10,374 nt of DNA from a virus (Duplodnaviria; Heunggongvirae; Uroviricota; Caudoviricetes): positions 1 to 10,374 of the IMG/VR virus record IMGVR_UViG_3300033153_006784; one strand, 5' to 3'. This document shows, piece by piece, positions 5,425 through 10,374 of this stretch. The notes beneath the pieces were generated by a model. The model searched no databases. It was not told where the DNA came from and saw only the letters and a program-made list of their open reading frames with translations. Every line of letters begins with the position of its first letter. Within the stretch, counting starts at the first letter, position 1. The position numbers were made by a program, and so were the translations under genes.

Positions 5425-7136
5425 GAAAACCAAATATCGGGCTAATCAAAGAAGATGAACTTTTACTCTTTTCTGCGTATTACGCATATACGTCAGGTCG
5501 AGTGAACTTAGACAGTAGAATTGGAGAAATGGAAAAATTTCACGATGCAGTTTTTAAACTTGAAGATGAAGGTAAAAGTGCTATAGATGTACCTAGACCT
5601 GACAGATTAGATAGAGTAACACAAGTATACTTTTTCAGAAAAATTCCTAAACATCTTGGATCATACGTCATATTTGCAGGTTTAGAGCAAGTCATGGGTT
5701 GGATTCATACATTACAAGATAAAGCAGGATTGACAAAAGATACTTTAGAATTCTTACAATCTACTACAAATAATGACTTGGATGGTGCATTTTTAGATTA
5801 TCTTCTATTATTCTCAAATCAAAGTGAATCGGATCACAGACCACAGCCCGACTTTAACATCTGGGCAGTACCCGAAGGAACACCAGTTTTCCCAAATGAA
5901 CCCTGTCTCATGATAGAAGGCGATCCAATAGATATTCAAATAATCGAGGATATGCTTCTAGCCTGTTTAAACCATCAATCATTGATTGCTACCAAAACAT
6001 CCCGAATGAAATATCAGGTTGGTAAAAAGTCATTAGTAGACTTTGGTACTCGAAGGGCACACGGGTGGCTTGCGGCTTTACATGGAGCTAGAGCGAGCTA
6101 TATTGGCGGAACTGACGGAACATCACTTGTCCTTGCAGGATACAAATTTGGAATACCCTTCGTTGGTACGATGCCTCACGCTTACATCCAACTTAGACAA
6201 AAACCAGATATGACTTTCAATGACAGTGAAATTCAAGCCTTTGCCGAATACGCACAAACCTTCCCGCATAACAGTTTAGTATTAGTTGATACTTACAATT
6301 CAATTAATGGAATTATGAATTCAATTGAAATTGGAAAAAGATTAAAAAAACAAGGACACGAATTAAAAGGTATTAGACTCGATTCGGGAAATATGCTAGA
6401 ACTTAGTAAAACTGCAAGGACAATGTTAGATAATGCAGGTATGCACAGTTCAAAAATATATGTCAGTGATTCTTTAGACGAATTCTTAATACGGGATTTG
6501 TTATCCAGTGGAGCACCCGTTGATGGATTTGGTGTAGGTACACGACTTCAAACAGGAGCAAACTTCAATCCTTGGACAGAGAAGGGAGGAGCATCAGCAC
6601 TTGGAGGAGTGTTAAAACTCGTTGCAATTGGAGATAAACCTTCAATGAAATTTACAGATAACCCTGAAAAGAGAACTTTGCCGGGAAAACAGCAAATTTG
6701 GAGAATCTACGACAAGAGAAGTATGTACCAAGAGGATTACATTTCTACTTGGCAAGAAACTCTATCAGAGGCTAAACCTTTACTGATTCCAATCATGCTA
6801 CAAGGAAAATTAGTTTACGATTTCCCAACAACAAAAGAAATACGCACATATTCAATGAATGAATTAAAAAGAGTCAAGGCGGGATTTAAACGATTACCCA
6901 CAAATACGACAGTTGGTACGGGAACTTTGAAATATCCAGTACATCTAAGTCCAGAATTACAACAATTAAAAGCTATGTTAGAAATTAAATACGATATGGA
7001 ATTTGCAAAACCTAGAGAACAACCACTTACAGATGCAGAAATCAATGAACAGGTTGAAAAATATATGAGTATAAACCCAGATACCGAAGCACAATTAAAG
7101 TGGGAAATAAAACACAAGTGGGCGAATTACAAATGA
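5421..7136 (+). CDS. pncB: Nicotinate phosphoribosyltransferase (PncB/COG1488 family), divergent
   Basis: FFRKIP...FAGLEQV, AVPEGTPVFPNEP, LNHQSLIATKTSR, DFGTRRAHG, ARASYIGG, GIPFVGTMPHA (phospho-His motif), LVDTY, GIRLDSG, LDE, DGFGVGTRL, LGGV.KL and K.TLPGKQQIWR are all NAPRTase hallmarks. Confidence 0.92.
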   Translation: MRKPNIGLIKEDELLLFSAYYAYTSGRVNLDSRIGEMEKFHDAVFKLEDEGKSAIDVPRPDRLDRVTQVYFFRKIPKHLGSYVIFAGLEQVMGWIHTLQDKAGLTKDTLEFLQSTTNNDLDGAFLDYLLLFSNQSESDHRPQPDFNIWAVPEGTPVFPNEPCLMIEGDPIDIQIIEDMLLACLNHQSLIATKTSRMKYQVGKKSLVDFGTRRAHGWLAALHGARASYIGGTDGTSLVLAGYKFGIPFVGTMPHAYIQLRQKPDMTFNDSEIQAFAEYAQTFPHNSLVLVDTYNSINGIMNSIEIGKRLKKQGHELKGIRLDSGNMLELSKTARTMLDNAGMHSSKIYVSDSLDEFLIRDLLSSGAPVDGFGVGTRLQTGANFNPWTEKGGASALGGVLKLVAIGDKPSMKFTDNPEKRTLPGKQQIWRIYDKRSMYQEDYISTWQETLSEAKPLLIPIMLQGKLVYDFPTTKEIRTYSMNELKRVKAGFKRLPTNTTVGTGTLKYPVHLSPELQQLKAMLEIKYDMEFAKPREQPLTDAEINEQVEKYMSINPDTEAQLKWEIKHKWANYK

Positions 7137-7276
7137 TTTGGAAATGCCCTATGTGTGAATACGAAGCAGAATCGTTTTATTATTCAACTGGAAACTTAGC
7201 TAGAATTGAAGTATTAGAAGATGCGTTAAATCATCTTGCAGAACATATTATGAAACAAATAAGGAAACATGGTTAA
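7133..7276 (+). CDS. C2H2-type zinc-finger microprotein, 47 aa (not in ORF track)
   Basis: MIWKCPMCEYEAESFYYSTGNLARIEVLEDALNHLAEHIMKQIRKHG contains CxxC...HxxxH. ATGA overlap with the pncB stop. Confidence 0.75.
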   Translation: MIWKCPMCEYEAESFYYSTGNLARIEVLEDALNHLAEHIMKQIRKHG

Positions 7277-7445
7277 AATGAAAACTAGATTTAATAAACT
7301 TGAAGTAAATCTTATTGACGCAGACGATGTAATAATAGCAAGAATGGTTACAACCGATGTGGGACAAAAAAGATTAACAATTCTATTCAATGATTTGGCT
7401 AGACAAATTGTTGATGCATCTGATAAAGAATGGAAAAAGGTGTAA
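7269..7445 (+). CDS. Hypothetical microprotein, 58 aa (alternative start at 7278, 55 aa; not in ORF track)
   Basis: MVKMKTRFNKLEVNLIDADDVIIARMVTTDVGQKRLTILFNDLARQIVDASDKEWKKV. It fills the gap in the coupled + strand chain, with AAGGA upstream of 7269. Confidence 0.65.
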   Translation: MVKMKTRFNKLEVNLIDADDVIIARMVTTDVGQKRLTILFNDLARQIVDASDKEWKKV

Positions 7446-7448
7446 AAA

Positions 7449-7565
7449 ATGAAGTGTGAAATAAAGCCAGAATTAGAATGCATTAATAACAAAGATTGTG
7501 TTAATTGCAAAACTTACGCTCAATCATGGATAGAAATGTTAAAAAATTGGAACTATAATAAGTGA
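7449..7565 (+). CDS. Four-cysteine microprotein, 38 aa (not in ORF track)
   Basis: MKCEIKPELECINNKDCVNCKTYAQSWIEMLKNWNYNK (C-x7-C-x5-C-x2-C). Its TGA overlaps the next GTG start (GTGA). Confidence 0.65.
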   Translation: MKCEIKPELECINNKDCVNCKTYAQSWIEMLKNWNYNK

Positions 7566-7819
7566 TTAAAATGAGTGGAATATCTATATTATATGTCGTT
7601 AAATGGCAATTTGATTATGAGGACTCTACTATCATATATGCAGGATTTAATGTAAAAAATGCACAAGAATACGCTGAAAAACGTGTTCCTAGAGATTACA
7701 TAAATTGTATAATTCATGAATTACATGCAAAATTAAATGTTGGATGGGTTGAAAATAATCCAAGTTATGTTTGGAACTATAACAATTTTAATAAAAAGTG
7801 GGAAAGGAGAACACACTAA
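7562..7819 (+). CDS. Hypothetical virus-type small protein, 85 aa
   Basis: ORF track, coupled at both ends (GTGA and TAATG). Confidence 0.7.
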   Translation: MIKMSGISILYVVKWQFDYEDSTIIYAGFNVKNAQEYAEKRVPRDYINCIIHELHAKLNVGWVENNPSYVWNYNNFNKKWERRTH

Positions 7820-8028
7820 TGGCTGAAAAAGATATAACAAGATGGGGAAATCCCGCAAAACATGCGTCTGATGATGGAAAGGCATATCAAGACGTATTTA
7901 AAGACATGACCGAATGGTTAGAAAAATTCCAATGTCCAGATTCATTTATTCGAAATACTGCAACCAGTATGACGAATAATGTCTTTGACATCTTGGAAAA
8001 ACATGAAATATGGAAGTATGACACATGA
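7819..8028 (+). CDS. Hypothetical protein, 69 aa (start re-called from 7798 to 7819)
   Basis: AGGAG SD-like sequence shortly upstream and a TAATG overlap with the previous stop. Translation begins MAEKDITRWGNP. Confidence 0.7.
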   Translation: MAEKDITRWGNPAKHASDDGKAYQDVFKDMTEWLEKFQCPDSFIRNTATSMTNNVFDILEKHEIWKYDT

Positions 8029-8279
8029 AATCAAATAATAATATTGTAAAACTGATCATAATTTTAATTGGTGTAATTCTTTTCTGTGGCTACATGTTAG
8101 ATGTACCTGCATCCGAACCAAATGTATATATTCCGGCACAACCAACCGAAACACAAGCACTTATAGAAATTCTTGAATCACTTAGTACATTAATATACGG
8201 CAGTATCGCAGCATCCCTGATCGCAGCGTTGGCAGCAATCGTGTGTTTAATGCAAGTAAACCTGATAGCGTCTCGATAA
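8025..8279 (+). CDS. Small membrane protein with two hydrophobic segments, 84 aa
   Basis: LIIILIGVILFCGYML and LIYGSIAASLIAALAAIVCLM. ATGA overlap. Last gene of the P6 operon. Confidence 0.75.
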   Translation: MKSNNNIVKLIIILIGVILFCGYMLDVPASEPNVYIPAQPTETQALIEILESLSTLIYGSIAASLIAALAAIVCLMQVNLIASR

Positions 8280-8280
8280 C

Positions 8281-8316
8281 GAAATCTTTATATATAACCT
8301 ATATTACATTATGTAT
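8281..8316 (+). promoter_or_regulatory. Archaeal-type promoter P7 with no downstream ORF; drives ncRNA units 1 and 2
   Basis: GAAATCTTTATATATAAC with TTTATA at 8287 and TACATT at 8305. The position +30 is G8317, the first base of unit 1. Confidence 0.65.
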
Positions 8317-8371
8317 GGGCATAGAGAGTTCCTCTAAAAAAATATATGAAAAAAAAATATACTCTCCGCTC
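8317..8371 (+). ncRNA. Structured RNA unit 1 (55 nt)
   Basis: GGGC(8317-20)/GCTC(8368-71), loop ATA/C, GAGAGT(8324-29)/ACTCTC(8361-66), with an interior of TCCTCTA and an A-rich stretch. Confidence 0.7.
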
Positions 8372-8379
8372 CTTAAAAT

Positions 8380-8436
8380 TGACATAGGAAGTTCCTCTAC
8401 AAAACTTGTCTGTATAACAAAAATTACTTCCCGTCA
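8380..8436 (+). ncRNA. Structured RNA unit 2 (57 nt)
   Basis: TGAC(8380-83)/GTCA(8433-36), loop ATA/C, GGAAGT(8387-92)/ACTTCC(8426-31), with an interior of TCCTCTA and a small TTGT/ACAA hairpin. Confidence 0.7.
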
Positions 8437-8440
8437 CCAA

Positions 8441-8474
8441 AACCTTTTTATATAAGTTCTACATACAATGTTCT
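8441..8474 (+). promoter_or_regulatory. Archaeal-type promoter P8; drives ncRNA unit 3
   Basis: AACCTTTTTATATAAG with TTTATA at 8447 and TACAAT at 8464-8469. The position about +29 is the start of unit 3. Confidence 0.7.
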
Positions 8475-8556
8475 TGACATAAAGAGTTCCTCTAAAACCA
8501 AGCCTCTCAGCATGCCTTCGGGTTGTGCAGAGGCTCCTTAAAAATACTCTTCGTCA
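8475..8556 (+). ncRNA. Structured RNA unit 3 (82 nt) with an internal cUUCGg hairpin
   Basis: TGAC(8475-78)/GTCA(8553-56), loop ATA/C, AAGAGT(8482-87)/ACTCTT(8546-51). The interior has TCCTCTA plus a hairpin at 8501-8535 (AGCCTCT/AGAGGCT closing, C-TTCG-G tetraloop). It is followed by TTATTTT. Confidence 0.75.
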
Positions 8557-8574
8557 TTATTTTAAGAAATTACC

Positions 8575-8617
8575 GAAACGTTTTTATATAAGTTACCTAC
8601 AATATATTCTGATACAG
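8575..8617 (+). promoter_or_regulatory. Archaeal-type promoter P9
   Basis: GAAACG (BRE-like) plus TTTTTATATAAG, with TTTATA at 8583, TACAAT at 8598-8603 and ATG at 8618 (35 nt). Confidence 0.75.
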
Positions 8618-10374
8618 ATGAGATCAACAATTAGATTATTTAGAGCAGTTCCTATAATGACAAAAGGAACAGCAAAAAAAGAACAACCCATGAATGTGCT
8701 ATTAAGAACAATGGCAAAAGGGTATTTATTCGCACCAGAAGTAGTTGCGTCTTATAATGATTTAGACAGATTAGCAAACATGGTCGAAAATGAAGTCGGA
8801 TTAGATCCAATTGAATTAAATGCTTCATTTCACAAATCTTGGGCTAAAGTTACAAACGCATCTATGAGACAGTTAGTGTTAGAACAACTTGTTCATTATA
8901 TGACTACTTACGGATATGCAAGTATAGGAATTTACAGCGACGCTACCGTATTTATTCCTAGAGAAAAATTATTAATTCCAGCGATAGACCTTGACGGATT
9001 CACATTTACGATTATCAAGGGATATACGTCAGAAGAATTAAAAGAAAAGTTGCTAAAACTCCTAGAAAGTGGAATCGCACTAAAAGAAGAAACTGCAAGA
9101 GACGTAATGGAAGTTGCGACTTATGTAGGAATCGATGAAAAGGATATGGATAGAGTCAAAAACAAAGAAGTCCGAATTATGATGTTCGACTACTTAGGGC
9201 TAGTTCCAAGAAATCCAACCGAATTCCTGAGATATTGCGTTTACAAGGCAACTGAAAGTACACTGTTAATCAAGAATATGGGTACATTCACGAAAATCCA
9301 AGAAAGAGACAACTATGACGTTGCGGGTAAATTCGCAATGTATGACAAAGTTGTTGGATTCGAAAAATTAGCTGAAATCTTCTACAGATACAAACCGCTA
9401 TTCTTGGCATTTAGAACAAATGACCAAATGAGACGATACACTAACCAAATCAGAAAATTAGCAAAAACACATCACAAGCCTATGAGAAAGGACTATCTAA
9501 ACGAAGTTACAGCAATGATCAAAAGCGGGACAATAAAAAACACACCACTACAAGAAGCATTATCCAGAGCGAACATATTCCGAAAAATCAGATTAGCTTA
9601 CACATTGAACTTTAGATTGAAAAATCCAGTTTCAACAATATACCGAATCAGAAACGGTAAAAGCTATGTTACAGAAATGAAAGAATCTACACCAAGAGAG
9701 AAAATGTGGTATAGAGAAGTATTGAACACTGTGAAAAATGCGATAGCATCTGACCTAGCACACTTAAAGGGAAAGAGAATATACATCCCAGAACACATGA
9801 ATTACGCACTTCCAGCAACAGAAAAGCAATTCGTTGGAAATCTTCCATCAGGGACAAGTATTTCAGTACCGGACAACATGGTTTTCGGTATCCATTGGGA
9901 AAATCAAGGTAGAAACGTAATTGACATAGACTTATCACTACAAAATCAAAACGTTGGAAAAATCGGTTGGGATAGTTCATATAGAACACAAAAAAGAGAT
10001 ATTCTGTTCTCAGGTGACTTAGTAACTGCTCCGCTACCAAACGGTGCGACAGAACTGTTTTATGTTAAGGATAGTGCAGAAGGCTTTTACCTATTAAACG
10101 CAAACTATTACAATTATGATGCAACAATACCAGTTCCGATAAAAATCATCGTTGCGAGTGATGAAGGTGGAAAGCGATTCGGTGGAAATAGTAATAGAAC
10201 ATTATACATGGTAGATCCAAACAAAGTCTATGGAACGGTAAACTTTGAAATCAAGGATAAACAACACATGCTAGGACTGTTAGGTATTACTCCAGAAGGA
10301 GCAAAATTCTACTTCATTGACGCATCAGCAGGTGGCGGAATTACAAGCCGAGTCAACAAGAGAACTGAACAAAG
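8618..10374 (+). CDS. Large protein (more than 585 aa, runs off the window) with a helical N-terminal region and a TerD-like C-terminal region
   Basis: Manual translation gives an uninterrupted frame from ATG 8618 (MRSTIRLFRAVPIM...NASFHKSWAKV...EQLVHYMTTYG...RANIFRKIRLAY...YRIRNGKSY...ALPATEKQFVGNLPSG...) to the window end. FGIHW...IDIDLS...FSGDLVTAP..GATE (about 9884-10055) resembles the TerD GLGW...DLDAS...HSGD motif. It is missing from the ORF track because no stop occurs in the window. Confidence 0.9.
   Translation, partial: MRSTIRLFRAVPIMTKGTAKKEQPMNVLLRTMAKGYLFAPEVVASYNDLDRLANMVENEVGLDPIELNASFHKSWAKVTNASMRQLVLEQLVHYMTTYGYASIGIYSDATVFIPREKLLIPAIDLDGFTFTIIKGYTSEELKEKLLKLLESGIALKEETARDVMEVATYVGIDEKDMDRVKNKEVRIMMFDYLGLVPRNPTEFLRYCVYKATESTLLIKNMGTFTKIQERDNYDVAGKFAMYDKVVGFEKLAEIFYRYKPLFLAFRTNDQMRRYTNQIRKLAKTHHKPMRKDYLNEVTAMIKSGTIKNTPLQEALSRANIFRKIRLAYTLNFRLKNPVSTIYRIRNGKSYVTEMKESTPREKMWYREVLNTVKNAIASDLAHLKGKRIYIPEHMNYALPATEKQFVGNLPSGTSISVPDNMVFGIHWENQGRNVIDIDLSLQNQNVGKIGWDSSYRTQKRDILFSGDLVTAPLPNGATELFYVKDSAEGFYLLNANYYNYDATIPVPIKIIVASDEGGKRFGGNSNRTLYMVDPNKVYGTVNFEIKDKQHMLGLLGITPEGAKFYFIDASAGGGITSRVNKRTEQ

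Noticed and set aside
7798-7818. ORF-track start at 7798
   Set aside because: The ATG at 7819 has an SD-like AGGAG and TAATG coupling, which matches the rest of the operon.
8406-8420. TTGT-CTGTATA-ACAA hairpin resembling a Tyr (GUA) anticodon loop
   Set aside because: It has only 4 weak pairs, position 37 would be U rather than a purine, and it is not shared by the other units.
8243-8455. 70-aa + strand ORF from the track
   Set aside because: It overlaps the previous gene, crosses two TATA promoters and the structured RNA units, and includes low-complexity A-runs. Probably spurious.
8317-8500. CRISPR mini-array reading of the CATA-NNN-AGTTCCTCTA repeats
   Set aside because: The repeat is only about 17 nt, the intervening lengths are very unequal, each copy base-pairs with a distant downstream complement, and no cas gene is present.
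8501-8535. Hairpin as a standalone intrinsic terminator
   Set aside because: It is not followed by a U-tract (CCTTAAAA follows) and it is nested inside the conserved closing stems of unit 3, so it is better read as an RNA subdomain.
9921-9933. TTGACATAGAC resembling the start of the ncRNA units
   Set aside because: It lies inside the coding IDID motif and lacks AGTTCCTCTA and a complementary 3' arm.
1043-10040. Minus-strand ORFs in the track (1043-1303, 1423-1803, 2725-3216, 3182-3370, 3463-3699, 4578-4769, 6815-7117, 7226-7510, 9687-10040)
   Set aside because: All are antisense shadows of better-supported + strand genes, with no motifs or minus-strand promoters.

Overview
An AT-rich, gene-dense window in which all supported genes lie on the + strand. 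It looks like the accessory region of an archaeal virus or other large mobile element. The evidence is nine near-stereotyped archaeal-type TATA promoters (AACCTTTTTATA-like) about 26-38 nt before starts, many micro-ORFs coupled by ATGA/TAATG overlaps, an archaeal COG3432/HTH_45-type winged-helix regulator and an archaeal class I CCA-type nucleotidyltransferase. No capsid, integrase or replication hallmark gene is present, so viral origin is an inference. Recognisable cargo: a Mesh1/SpoT-like HD hydrolase in an operon with a compact CCA-adding-enzyme-like protein, a tRNA-Arg(UCU) overlapping a CDS stop codon, a divergent nicotinate phosphoribosyltransferase (PncB), two surface/Ig-like proteins, several Zn-binding microproteins, and a large unterminated ORF (8618 to the window end, absent from the ORF track) with a helical N-terminus and a TerD-like C-terminal region. 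The most striking observation is at 8317-8556, just upstream of that ORF. Three tandem non-coding units share one secondary structure (4-bp stem, AUA/C internal loop, 6-bp stem, conserved UCCUCUA loop) with compensatory base changes, and two begin exactly where their own TATA promoters predict a transcription start. This suggests a small-RNA array that may partner the downstream protein, reminiscent of Y RNA/Ro60.
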